A stretch of DNA of 64,000 nucleotides from positions 61,132,001-61,196,000 of the forward strand of contig OX597817.1 in assembly GCA_951406725.2 (NCBI GenBank). Direction: 5' to 3'. The notes below the pieces were generated by a model. That model was not told the DNA's origin and ran no database searches. It was given only the letters and a program-made list of their open reading frames with translations. Source of the DNA: Octopus vulgaris. Lineage: Eukaryota. A program made the position numbers and the translations under genes. Positions 1 to 12,599 of the stretch are shown here, piece by piece. Position 1 is the first letter of the stretch. Each line of letters opens with the position of its first letter.

Positions 1-377
1 CCATCCCTACAGGAAGTGCAAAAAAAATCGTATTAACTGGAACGGCTCATGTACTGAGAAGAGCACTATCGCTCTGAAAATAACATCCATCCATTTGAAT
101 AATTCACCTTTGGAAACATGGAGTCTTCGTTCAACATCCTTAAAAACCCCCTATTCAAGGAGCTTTTGAGCGGGATGAGCTACTCGACCTGAAGAATGGG
201 CCGCACCAGCAAGGTCATGTGCTGTTTCTCTTGATATAAGATCACCATGTCACGCACATATGGTTGTGATGCATGTGCCTGGTGTACCCTTATGAAACGG
301 GTTGTCATGATGTGTATATTGGGGTTCGTATATTGTACCTCAGTGTCACTTTCATGGCATGCGATGCTCTCTCACTC
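1..377 (+). mobile_element. 3' end of R4/Dong-like non-LTR retrotransposon (ORF C-terminus + 3'UTR), ending at (AAT)n
   Basis: Reads PSLQEVQK/IVLTGTAHVLRRALSL* (TGA 75-77), resembling the C-terminus of RLE-type R4 elements. The 3'UTR recurs inverted at 28383-28575. (AAT)n follows at 378-438. Confidence 0.7.
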
Positions 378-438
<61 letters not shown>

Positions 439-502
439 TACACTGTTACGAAGTAATAATAACAATAATGATAAATAATTATAATTATTACTATTATATA
501 AA

Positions 503-885
503 AGGTGGCGAGCTAGCAGAAACGTTAGCACGCCGAGCGAAATGCGTAGCCGTATTTCGCCTGCCGTTACGTTCTGAGTTCAAATTCTGCCGAGGTCGAC
601 TTTGCCCTCCATCCTTTCGGGGTCAATAAATAAAATACCAGTTACGCACTGGGGTCGATATAATCGACTTAATCCGTTTGTTTGTCCTTGTTTGTCCTCT
701 CTGTGTTTAGCCCCTTGTGGGTAGTAAAGAAATAGGTATTTCGTCTGTCGCTACGTTCTGAGTTCAAATTCCGCCGAGATCGACTTTTCCTTTCATTCTT
801 TCAGGGTCGATAAAATAAGTACCAACTGAACACTGGAGTCGATACAATCGACTCATGCCCACCTCCCACAAATTGCCCTTGTGGA
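503..885 (+). mobile_element. Two tandem tRNA-derived SINEs (Meta-domain-like core); second copy 5'-truncated
   Basis: GGTGGCGAGCTAGCAGAAACG head, B-box GAGTTCAAATTC and core GCC..CATCCTTTCGGGGTC.ATAAA..AGTACCAG; the family is repeated many times in the window. Confidence 0.85.
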
Positions 886-1074
886 AAAAAAATTAAAATA
901 CTAATTGTTATGATTATAATATTTTCTAGTGTAGACACCTAGGCCTGAAATGTTAAGGGAGGGTCGTAACCGATTACATCTACCTGAATGTTCAACTGGT
1001 ATTTATTCGATTGACTGCGAAATGATGAAAGGCAGAAGTGAGTTTAAAATCAGTACGTAAAGAACCTGTAAGAA

Positions 1075-1260
1075 ATATCAGGACTCAGCCAGGGAATTGA
1101 AATTATTGTGAAAGTCTAAGACAAAATATTATTCCAATGGTAATTGGCCCACTTGATACATCACCCAAACTGCTACCTAAGAGAGTGAAAGACACAGGAA
1201 ATGAGACTTGCATTATCGATCTGCGGAACATTGATGTCCTGTATTCTAGAAGAATCGATT
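1075..1260 (+). pseudogene. Degenerate R4-like RLE C-terminal fragment
   Basis: Translates to IIPMVIGPLDTSPKLLPKRVKDTG..., similar to the VIPIVIGALG motif at ~55.9 kb. Confidence 0.45.
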
Positions 1261-1791
1261 CAGGCTAATTTCGAACAGCATTCCTCTTCAGAAATAATCT
1301 CAACGTGTTAGGATTCATATAAGCGACAGGTTGAATCTATTATTTAATGCATTACATGGAAGTCATAGAGATTTTGAAAGTATTATCATAATGCTTGTAG
1401 TTTGTTTGGCAATGGTGATCTTAATCAATGGGTAAATAGATGAAAAGCTTGTAACAACGAACGGGGCGGATAAAGATAACAATGAAACAAGCAGATGACA
1501 CAATAGAACCGCACAAGAGACAATGGCTTGTAAGGAAACTTCAAACGTAAATGCGATCTGTTGCCAATCGATAATGTTCAATAACCTATCTGTTGCACTG
1601 TAATATAAAAATTTAATTCTCCTATAAAAGAGCAAGATTATTGAAGAAACTTGTCGAATCAGTCAATTGTTTAGGAGATCCTTAAACTAAACGAGTAGAC
1701 GAGAGGTTGTCGGATCGCATTGTGTTAACGGTAGTAAATTGTTTTCATTTAATCTTAAGCCTAAACTGACGAACTGACCCATTTGCCAGAA

Positions 1792-1980
1792 GGGCGGTAG
1801 AAATGCTTAGCAGTATTTCACCTGGCTCTTTTCGTTCGAAGTTCAAATACCGCCGAGGTCTACTATGCCTTTCATTCTTACGGGGTCGATAAAATTAGTA
1901 CCAGTTACGCACTGGGGTTCGATGTAATCCACTTATTCCCTTCCCCCGAATTTGAGGCCTTGTGCTTCCAGGAGAAAGAA
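1792..1980 (+). mobile_element. tRNA-derived SINE (Meta-like family)
   Basis: Same core as 503-735. Confidence 0.75.
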
Positions 1981-2001
1981 TTATCATCATCATCATCATC
2001 A

Positions 2002-2047
<46 letters not shown>

Positions 2048-2071
2048 TATTATTATTATTATTATTATTAT

Positions 2072-2124
<53 letters not shown>

Positions 2125-2549
2125 TCTCCCTTTTCATTTTAAGCATGAGTTGATAATGATGATGATGATGATGATGAAGTGGGTGCTGTTGCATTTTTGC
2201 AAGATATTTATTGGTAATTGAATTTCATTTTTCATTTTCTCAGCAAACAAATTTTACTTTTTAAAGCGTAATTTACTTTTATTAATTTGAAATTTCAAGT
2301 TAAAAAGAAATTATCATATCATAATGAAAGAAGTTAAACTAAACTCGAGTTACGAAAATAACTGACTTTTATCCATAAGATTTTTCCAAAGCTGCCAAAC
2401 AATATCGAAGAGAAAATGTTTGAATCGAAAATCGATTTACGAAGATACGATAACCGAGCTTTAATAAATCTATAATTTATAAAAACCGATAAAAACGACG
2501 AGAAAATATCGAGTCAATACTTTTAATGAAAATATATAGACGCATATAT

Positions 2550-2960
2550 TATCTTTTACTTGTTTCAACCATTGGACTACGACCATGCTGGAACACAGCA
2601 TTGAAGAGTTTAGTTGACGAAACGACTCACTACCTATACCTTTTTTTAAGTGTGGTACTTATTCCGTCGATCTTTTTTGCCGAAACGCTAGATTTTAGGG
2701 ACATCAGCAAACCAATAACGGTTGACAAGCAGTGGTTGAAGGATAAACGCAAAGACAAAGACATGTACACGTACATATACGTACATATGTAAGTATGTTT
2801 ATAGAACGGGATTCCACACAGATTTCCGTCTGCCAAATTCACTCACAAGGCATTGGTCGCCCCGCGGCTATATTCGAAGACGCTTGCTCAAGGTGCGGCG
2901 CAGTGGGACTGAAATGAAAACCATGAAATCGAAAAGTGAGTTTCTTAACCACACACCTTA
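2550..2960 (-). mobile_element. tRNA-derived SINE (octopus OK-like family), head at ~2960
   Basis: Minus-strand GTGTGGTTAAGAAA...TCAGTCCCACTGCG head. Its tail is shared with 29360-29790, 35760-35950, 45730-45935, 58745-58960 and 60280-60490. Confidence 0.65.
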
Positions 2961-4339
2961 TGAAAATAAATTAAGCTTTGATACTTTTAAATTTCAAATT
3001 GAAACAAAAAGGAAAATTTCACTATATATAAAAGAAAAGCAGAACCCACCCACACCAAAAACAAAAAAAAAACCCAGAAAATTGATAGCAATTTGCATAC
3101 AAAAACTGAAAGACAAATATCTTGGTTTGAAATTTGTTGTTGAAGAAACTTCTATGAGAATTCCTGTCTTTGAGTTTACCATTTTTATGCACTTACTGAC
3201 ACAGAAGTTCCATTAAGTTTAGTTTGGAATGGTGGGCGACGCCCTAATTGTTCGCCTCTTGAGGATGTTTTTGGTGGCTTCCAAAAATGTTGCCATTTCC
3301 ATCACTTACTGCTTATATCTTTTTCTATGCGTGTCTGTGTGTCTGTGTATGTGTTGTGGGCGTCTGAATGCACACACACACACACACATACACACATACA
3401 CACACATGACAAAATACTTTCCAAAATAAACTTGCACTTAATTTTTGAATTTCCGAGGGAGTTATAAGATGTTGAGCATGCGTACAGCTCTGCATCTGCA
3501 TCTGCGTACAACCGAAACAGGTATAAACTAATGCATTACATTATTATGTACTTCCTGTGCCTTTGTTTGTCACACCTCTCCCGTCACGACCGGTGCTGGT
3601 TTGTTTATATTATCGCAGCTCAGCGGTTAAGCAACAGAAATCGATGGAATTGGTACTACACTTAAAACATAACATATCTATTGGCGTCGATTTGTTCGAC
3701 TAAAACCATTCAAGGCAGAGCTCCAGTATGACCGCACTGCAATGACTGAATATAGAGAAAAAAGGTAAATGTTTGTGTATCGAACAAATCAACTCCAAAA
3801 CATATGTTTTTTTTTTAAAGTGTGGTTTGTATTCCATCGATTTCTGTGCTGGACCGCTAAGTTACGACAGCATAAACAAATCGATAACGATGGGGGAAGT
3901 ATAGCACACAGACACATGAAGTACATAAAAATGTAATGTTTGTTTACGGCTTGTAACTTAGCTGTTCGGCAAAAGAGACCGATAGAATAAGTATGAAGCT
4001 TTGGAAATAAAACCCTACTATTAGGTGATCTAGCATGGCCGTAGTGCATTGACTGAAACAATTAAAATATAAAAGATATATCTACATTTCGCCTTCAAAT
4101 AGAGGATTCAGGTTGCATAAAACCATTTTGAAGTTGCAATGGGGGTCTTGAAACCGGTGCCGCCGACGCCGGCGAATGAGAAGCTTTGCTGTTATTAAAC
4201 ATTGAACAAAGTTTATTTGATGTGAAACAGGAATGACGAGTCCAGGTATTCAAATAGTATACGAGTGGCAAATTGCCGATCCACTGTGAAAACTTGTGAG
4301 CGAGTGAGTGGATGTACGTATATGTGTACGGATGTGGAC

Positions 4340-4409
<70 letters not shown>

Positions 4410-4414
4410 GTAGG

Positions 4415-4472
<58 letters not shown>
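4340..4472. repeat. (GATA)n microsatellite
   Basis: Direct reading. Confidence 0.98.
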
Positions 4473-4473
<1 letters not shown>

Positions 4474-4873
4474 GTTTCTTTATTGGTCACACAGGGTTGC
4501 ACACAGATGGGACAAATTACAAGGTAGAGCTTTTCTTTTGTGGGATAAAAAAACAAAAAAAAACAAGAAACAAAAGAAACAAAAAAGTGGCGTAGGTTTT
4601 CGATCAAAAGGGATCGTAAAAGGGGGAAAAGAAAAAAAGGAAAATAAAAATAAAAAGGAGGAAAAAGGAGGAAAAAAGGGGGAGAGGGAAAAAAACGATC
4701 AATAGGGATCGTGTATCACAGTGTCATGATGTGCGGTGTAAAGGGGAAAGCAGATAAGGTTTATCCGTGGGAAGAAAAGCCTACGAAAAAGACCACGGTA
4801 ACCTCGGTCAATATTGTTATATGTTACCACATTTGTTTGCAAGTGGGTAACCCTCTGTTTTCAATTTATGGGT
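4473..4873 (-). mobile_element. Tx1/L1-like LINE copy 1 (3'UTR only) in (GATA)n
   Basis: Highly similar to the 3'UTRs of copies 2 and 3. Ends ...AATAAAGAAAC.(TATC)n on the minus strand. Confidence 0.85.
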
Positions 4874-4902
4874 ATAGATAGACAGATAGATAGATAAGTA
4901 GG

Positions 4903-4977
<75 letters not shown>

Positions 4978-4978
4978 G

Positions 4979-5058
<80 letters not shown>

Positions 5059-5064
5059 GAGATA

Positions 5065-6229
5065 TGTTTCTTTATTAGCCACACAGGGCTGCACACAGAT
5101 AGAACAAATTACAAGGTAGAGCTTTTCTTTTGAAGGTTTAAAAAAAAAAAAAAAAAAAAAAAGGAAGGGGGAGTTTCGATCAAAAGGGATCGTAAAAGGA
5201 GAGAAAGAGGACAAAAAAAGGGGGTTAAAAAAAAAGGAGGAGAGGAAAAAAAAAATTGATCAATAGGGATCGTTATCACAGAAATGTCAATATGAAGTGT
5301 AAAGGGGAGGACAGGTGAGGTTTACCCGTGGAAAGAAAAGCCTACGGAAAAGACCACGGTAACCTCGGTCAATGAAGTCACATTTTATATTTCTTTTTTT
5401 TTTTTTTTTTGCAGATAAGCAACTCTCTGTTTTCGATTTCTGGGTTCATAGGACTATGCTCAAGGTGGCTTCGTCATTCATACGTGCCATTCTTGCTACA
5501 TTCACCCATCTTTTTTAAAACATTCGCTAGACAAAACTTGCCTCTCTACTCTCACTTTCCTTTTCAAGTGGTACTTGAAGAAGTTGATGAGAGATTGACC
5601 AGAGAGGAAAGTGTTTGTCTCCAATCCTTTCAGACGCGTCCACCAGATACATTCTTTCGCCATAGCCACAAGGATGATGAAAATAGCTCTTCCTTCCCGT
5701 TTGAAGGAAGGAGGCGTGACAATATTGACGATAGACTCAGCTGATAAACCGACTCGTCCCACACGTGACAGCAGTTGTTCGACATAAGCCCACAGGTCGG
5801 AAATTGTTGGACACTGAACGAGTGCGTGCAGAACGGTTTCGTCGCTCTGACCGCATCTCGGGCAGGTCGGCCCCGTGTTTCTCGAGCCGTGTCTGTAGAG
5901 CTTATCCCGAACGGGTAGCGCTTCTCGGTAGCACTGCCAGGCCAGGGATCTCTGGAAGTTGTCCATGGGCCCTGGCCCGAAGGTCGTCCTGAACAGGCGG
6001 GTCAGGTACTCCTCGTCGACGTCCAGGTTCGCCCCGAGCTCGTCGTCGTACCTCCCCTCCACTAAACCCCTATAGAATGCTTTGGTTGTGTTGAAGTCAC
6101 TTAAGGTCGACCCAGGACGGCAGAGTTGCTTGAGAGCAAAGCGACACTCGCGGTGCCATTCGCCCTTCCTCGGCCTCTTTTTGATCCACGACTGCAGTTC
6201 GGTCATGGAGACGAGCTGCGGGAAAGCGT
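5065..6229 (-). mobile_element. Tx1/L1-like LINE copy 2, 5'-truncated (C-terminal zinc-finger region + 3'UTR) in (GATA)n
   Basis: Part of ORF 5502-6350: FQRSLAWQCYREALPVRDKL...CPRCGQSDETVLHALVQCP...W, a CCHC zf-RVT-type motif of L1/Tx1 ORF2. (GATA)n lies on both sides. Confidence 0.88.
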
Positions 6230-6241
6230 AGACAGATAGAC

Positions 6242-6308
<67 letters not shown>

Positions 6309-6318
6309 CAGATAGATA

Positions 6319-7310
6319 TGTTTCTTTATTAGCCACACAGGGCTGCACACAGACGGGACAGATTACAAAGTAGAGCTTTTTGGAGAAAAAAAAAGTGGCG
6401 TAGGTTTTCGATCAAAAGGGATCGTAAGAGGGAAAGAAGAAAAAATAAGATAAAAAGGAAATGAAACAAAAGAAAAGAAAAGAAAGGAGAAAAAAAAGAA
6501 AAGAAAAAAAGGGGAAAAAGAAAAAAACGATCAATAGGGATCGTGTATCACTGTCGTGATGTACGGTGTAAAGGGGGAAGCAGATAAGGTTTATCCGTGG
6601 GAAGAAAAGCCTACGAAAAAGACCACGGTAACCACGGTCAATATTGTTATATGTTACCACATTGGTTTGCAAGTGGGTAACCCTCTGTTTTTAATTTCTG
6701 GGTTCATAGGATTATGCTCAAGGTGGTTTCGTCATTCATACGTGCCATCCTTGCTACATTCACCCATCTTTTTTAAAACATTCGCTAGACAAAACTTGCC
6801 TCTCACTTTCCTTTTCAAGTGGTACTTGAAGAAGTTGATGAGAGATTGACCAGAGAGGAAAGTGTTTGTCTCCAATCCTTTCAGACGCGTCCACCAGATA
6901 CATTCTTTCGCCATAGCCACAAGGATGATAAAAATAGCTCTTCCTTCCCGTTTGAAGGAAGGAGGCGTGACAATATTGACGATAGACTCAGCTGATAAAC
7001 CGACTCGTCCCACACGTGACAGCAGTTGTTCGACATAAGCCCATAGGTCGGAAATTGTTGGACACTGCACGAATGCATGCAGAACGGTTTCGTCGCTCTG
7101 ACCGCATCTCGGGCAGGTCGGCCTCGTGTTTCTCGAGCCGTGTCTGTAGAGCTTATCCCGAACGGGTAGCGCTCCTCGGTAGCACTGCCAGGCCATGGAT
7201 CTCTGGAAGTTGTCCATGGGCCCTGGCCCGAAAGTCGTCCCGAACAGGCGGGTCAGGTATTCCTCATCGACGTCCAGGTTCGCCCCGAGCTCGTCGTCGT
7301 ACCTCCCCTA
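6319..7310 (-). mobile_element. Tx1/L1-like LINE copy 3, 5'-truncated, in (GATA)n
   Basis: ORF 6732-7217 is nearly identical to copy 2. GATA repeats lie on both sides. Confidence 0.88.
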
Positions 7311-7431
7311 TAGATAGATAGATGTGTACACACAAACACACACACATATCTATATATGTATGTATGTACGTATATACAGACATAAAATAAGTGGGAATAA
7401 ATATATGTATATTTGTCTTTTTGCCTATCTA

Positions 7432-7508
<77 letters not shown>

Positions 7509-7510
7509 CT

Positions 7511-7583
7511 CCAAAAAAAGAAAAGCTCTACTTTGTAATCTGTCCCGTCTGTGTGCAGCCCTGTGTGGCTAATAAAGAAACAT
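7511..7583 (+). mobile_element. Tx1/L1-like LINE copy 4 (terminal ~70 nt) in (TATC)n
   Basis: AAAAGCTCTACTTTGTAATCTGTCCCGTCTGTGTGCAGCCCTGTGTGGCTAATAAAGAAACATA matches the 3' end of copies 1-3 and is flanked by (TCTA)n. Confidence 0.85.
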
Positions 7584-7739
7584 ATCTATCTATCTATCCA
7601 TCTATCCTATCTGTATTTCTGTCTGTATGTCTCTCTGTCTCTGTCTCCCTCCCTCCCTCCCTGTCACTTCATATGTGTATGTGTGCATGTGTGTGCATGT
7701 ATGTGGGTTCGCCTGTTAGTCTATGAATATGTATACGAG

Positions 7740-8650
7740 CAGTTTCGTCCACACACGTTGCATACAAGTACACACCCTCGCGCGCCTACGCACCCACGCG
7801 CACGCGCACACGCGAACCCACGCCCATCCACCCGCCCACCCACCAATCCGTAGCGCGCAGACAGACAACGCTATCGCTATCCATTGATTGCCGAAGTAAG
7901 ATCAAACCATCCCAGCGTCACACCTCGAGGAGGATATCCTAGCCTCACTCTGCTATCTTGGCAACAGCTTTCAACAGCGTTGAAAACCTGAGGAGAAATC
8001 TGCAGAGTATTCTATGAGGAGTGTGTGGGGGGAGGGGTAACGACCTGCCGGGCTGGCCGGTTGGCTGGTCGGCGGGCTGTCTGGCCGGTTGGTCGGCTGG
8101 CTGGCTGGCGCGATGCTGTCTTACCGGTGTTGTGTTGTTCTTGTGTTGGTGTTGGTTGAAGTGGTAGTGAAATGGTGGACTACGGTTTCTGCAGTAGTAG
8201 GATTGTAATGTGGTTTGGTGTTGGTGGTGCACCGATGTGGTGGTGGTGGTGGTGGTGGTGGTGGTAGTGGTGGTAGTGGTGGTGATGATGGTGGTAGTGG
8301 TGTTGGATATTGGTGGCGTATTGTGGTTTGGTGGTTGGGTTGACGGTGGTGGTGGTGGTGGTGGTGGTGGTGGTGGTGGTGGTGGTGGTAGTGATAATGG
8401 TGGTGGGGGGTAGTAATAATGTGATAAGGTGGGGGTTGGGAATGGTGGTGTTGTAAGGGTGCCATGTGTTATGTGGTGTAGGTGGTAGTGTGATGGTGGT
8501 AGTAGTGAGATATGGGGTGGTTGTGTGGAATGTAGGGGTGGGTGGCTGCTGTTTTGGGTCGGTGGTGGTGGTGGGGACGGTTGGTGAGTCAAGGTGGAAG
8601 AATTCTGAGATGGTTTAGTGTTTCCGGTCTGGGCAGTCCCGGCCAGCGAG

Positions 8651-8683
<33 letters not shown>

Positions 8684-9440
8684 GACAGAGAGAGAGAGAG
8701 AGAGAGGGGGAGAGAGAGAGAGAGAAAGAGGGCAAGCGAAGAAGAGAGAAAAATTGAGAGAGAGAGAGGGGAGGTGGAGAAAAGGAATATAAGAAAGTGG
8801 GGGTAGTGAAAGACTACGAGAAAGACGGACAGAAAGGAAAAGTTTTGGGAAGAGAATGAAAGCGAGAGGGTGAGCGAAGGGAGGAAGAAGTGAAGAGAAT
8901 AGCGAAAATGAAAGAGCTAAAGAATGAATGAAATACAAAGAGTAAGGATAAAGAAAAGGAAAAAACAGAAAACAAAGCAACACATACAGAGAGAGGGAGA
9001 AGAAGAAGGAAAGAAAATAGTAGTAGTAGTAGTAGTAGTAAATAAACGCTATATATTTGATATATTGATGTCTACGTTATTTCTCTCCCTCTCTCTTCTC
9101 TTCTTCTTTCTCACTTCCTCCATCTCTCTTTCTCTCTCTCTCTTGTCCCGACCTCAATTCTTCACTTCTCCTTTCTCCAGGACAAACTACACCTGGTCAT
9201 AAACGTCTCTACAAGCACACATCCCCACTCCTCCTCCTCCTCCTATTCGCTTCCTCTTTCCCTCCTCCTCCACTTAGTCTCTCCTTCCTTTCCCTCTTCA
9301 AGACACGTGCTTCTTTTCGCCCATTTCGCGTTGCTTTGGCACTCACCTCCATTAGTCAGTCTGTCTGACTGGGATATCGCTTTGTCGGTCTGCCAGCCTG
9401 CCTGTCCGTTTTTAATCTCGGAGTCTGAATGTCAGTGTTA
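7740..9440 (-). promoter_or_regulatory. Possible CpG-enriched 5' end / first exon(s) of a host gene
   Basis: Unique, CpG-richer sequence. Minus-strand donor consensus sites at ATG GAG|GTGAGT (9352-9341) and CCG|GTAAGA (~8124). No homology recognised. Confidence 0.25.
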
Positions 9441-9544
9441 GTATGTTAGTCTCTCTCGGTGTAAATTTCTGAATACCAGAAGTTACTGGAGAACCAGTAC
9501 AGTATGAGTTCTGCATGCATACAAACAAACACACATACATGATC

Positions 9545-9812
9545 AAAAGATCATAAGATCCGTTTGAGAAAGCTGTCCAATATTGGTGTCACTGGAAAGC
9601 TGCTGCAGTGGATCAAGTGCTTCCTGTCTAACAGAACCCAACATGTTGTAGACGAAGGAGTCAACTCCAGCCCAGCCAAAGTCAGTAGTGGTGTCCCACA
9701 AGGCACTGTGTTGGGCCCACTTCTCTTCATCATCTACATTAATGATATTACTGACACCATCAAACACAGTAACATCAGAATCTTCGATGATGATTCCAAG
9801 CTCCAGAAGGTC
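9545..9812 (+). pseudogene. LINE reverse transcriptase fragment (CR1/L2/Jockey-type)
   Basis: GVPQGTVLGPLLFIIYINDI...IFDDDSKL (RT motifs B and C). Confidence 0.85.
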
Positions 9813-9857
9813 GTCACGTCATGCACATACACACACATACATATATATGCATATATA

Positions 9858-9921
<64 letters not shown>

Positions 9922-9933
9922 CATACATATATA

Positions 9934-11433
9934 TACTGAACTAGAAAAGAAACGTTGCACACATACTAAATAGAAACTGGTTTATTAACAGACTGCCATA
10001 GCATTGATTGAAGAAGAGTGCTAATTAAGAGACCGTTCTTTTCTAACGATAAAACGTCATTTCCTGAAACATGTTTGACGTCACATGGTGTCACGTGATG
10101 ACGGAGTGTCCTGGATCCAAAGTCATGAATTCAATATCTCGTGTGACTACCGTTAGCGTTGATTACCGCCAGGCAACTTACGTACATTGAATGCACCAAA
10201 CGGTTGATGAAGGACAAGGGGAGTAGCAGCCCAGACGCTCTTAAAACTTGCAGTGAGTTGTGCCGCAGTTGTCAGACATGGACGGATGTCATTTAGCTTT
10301 CATTGGATTTCGTTCCACAGGTGCCTTATGGGGTTCAAGTCCGGACATAGGAGAGGACATGGCAGTGCCTGGATGTTGTGTTGTTGGAGGAAGTCGGTTG
10401 TCAAGCTGACAGTATGGGCGAGCAAAGTATTGCACAATGTAAGGCGGCAACACTTGGTCGACGCAGCGAGCAGCGGTTACTCCATTGCCCTGGCTTTGGC
10501 CGATGTTTTGGAAGACCACCGGTCCAAGTTTCTGGTTGAGTGCAATCCGACCCATACTATGATGCTCCGTCCTCCTCATGAGTCTCTCTCCACCACACAA
10601 CCATCAGCATGACGTTCGCCCTTTCTTCTCCAAACCCTAGCTCTGCCATCTGACACAGAAATGCAATATCGACTTTCGTCAGAGAAGACTACAGTCCTCC
10701 GCGGCTGATATCGCCAGTTCTGACATTTTTGAGCCCACTGCAGACGTGCCTGTCGATGACTATCTTTGAGGATGGGGTCCCTAGCCGGACGTCGACAAGA
10801 CAGATCTCAGCGGGTGGCGAACTGTCTCTGTACAAATAGGTTTCTGGTGACTCCCTATGGTCTGCCTAGATGATTCCGTTGCTCTTCGGAATCGTCCTGC
10901 AAGTGCTGTCGGTGTAGGTGGCAATCTTGACGTGCTGTTGTAACCCTCGGTTGGCCACTGCGTGGCCCGTCATCTGTGCTGTGTGTGGCAATGTACTGTT
11001 CCCTCAGCCGCTCAGTTGTCCGAATACTGCAGCTCAAGTCATTAGCAATGACCCATGGACGTTGTCCAGCATGGAGACGTCCGATGCTTTGCTCCCTCTG
11101 ATTTCATGTCAGTCTTGGCATGCTTCCCGCGTTCTTGAAACGAATGACAGGATGGTAAACTTGGGTGCCTTTTATACCCAATGAGCCAACGTTTTGATCC
11201 TGCATCTTGCTTTCCATAAAGATGCGTTCGCGAGCATTACCATGTTCAGGAAAAGTGAACGAGTTCGAAACCTACATGCAATCCTTGTGTTTTCAGAAGA
11301 GAGTGGTGTTGTGAGTCAGTGATATCTTCCCGATGTCAAACTAACTAGAAATGTGATAAAACCCACAAAATCCCAATATCTTGTGTGAAATAAATAATCT
11401 TTCACAGTGCGACGTTACTTTTATGATTCAGTA
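9934..11433 (-). mobile_element. Tc1-family DNA transposon with TIRs, inserted at TA within (TA)n
   Basis: Left end TACTGAACTAGAAAAGAAACGTTGCAC; right end (reverse complement) TACTGAATCATAAAAGTAACGTCGCAC. Confidence 0.88.
10131..11121 (-). pseudogene. Tc1 transposase pseudogene
   Basis: MPRLT*NQREQSIGRLHAG start, GQPRVTTARQD, VFSDESRY and GSHTRY* end, with stops and frameshifts. Confidence 0.85.
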
Positions 11434-11435
11434 TA

Positions 11436-11599
<164 letters not shown>

Positions 11600-11878
11600 G
11601 CATGCATATATATATATAAACCAAAGCAAATGCATAACCATATACATCGAATCATGGAAACAGACATACGTTCTAACTTAATTACTTAAAAACAAATAGA
11701 AACATACACAGACAGGCATCCACTCCCCCTACACACATCCCCAAATTCATTTACTTTCCTACGTTCTTACTTTCAGGCATATATTAGTATACACGTGCTT
11801 CCGTACCTATATATTCTTATGCCTACAATCTAATTAATGCATTATATATACGTGTGTGTGTGTGAGTGCGTGTGTGAC

Positions 11879-11984
<106 letters not shown>

Positions 11985-12599
11985 GTGTAATCAAACATAC
12001 ACGTGCACGCACGCTTGCATATTCTGGTGTACAAACATGTTAAGTGAATATCTCGGTATATCTACGAAGGAATACGAAGTCCTTGAAATGCTGTCTGTAA
12101 TAACTGTACACAGGTGTTACTGATTTTAAATAAACATGGGCGAAAATACGTGAGAGCGGATCAATAAAAACATATGCATCATTTTTTTTTGTTCTTACAT
12201 ATTTAATGCGTGTATATGCACGTGTGTGCGTATGTGTATATTTAAAAAGATAATCATATATATATATATAATCATATATATATATATACATACATATATA
12301 TATATGTATATGTATATGTATATATATATATTTATATATACACACACACACGTGCGCGTGTGTGCGTGTGTCTTTGTTTGTGTATCTCGGCTCTGTACAT
12401 TCTGAGTTCATATCTCACTGAGGCCATCTTTGCCTTTTATCGTTCTGGGGTTCGATAAAATAAAATATCAATCATGTATTGGGGCCGATGACATCGACTT
12501 GACCCCGTGCACCTTGAACCCTGCAACGGCCCAACACAAATGTTGCAATCTCAATCACTTGCAGGTCAGCCAGCCTTATGAGCCCCGGGGACCAAGAAA

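Noticed and set aside
247-629. Poly-I/poly-N ORFs and the many [12 protein letters not shown] and MYVC ORFs across the window
   Set aside because: These are translations of stop-free microsatellite frames, with no coding evidence.
4340-7330. CRISPR-like repeat/spacer pattern
   Set aside because: The 'repeats' are GATA microsatellites and the 'spacers' are homologous LINE ends; eukaryotic context.
7945-8592. 215-aa Pro/Thr/His-rich ORF
   Set aside because: Derived from (GGT)n low-complexity sequence; no ATG context or recognisable domain.
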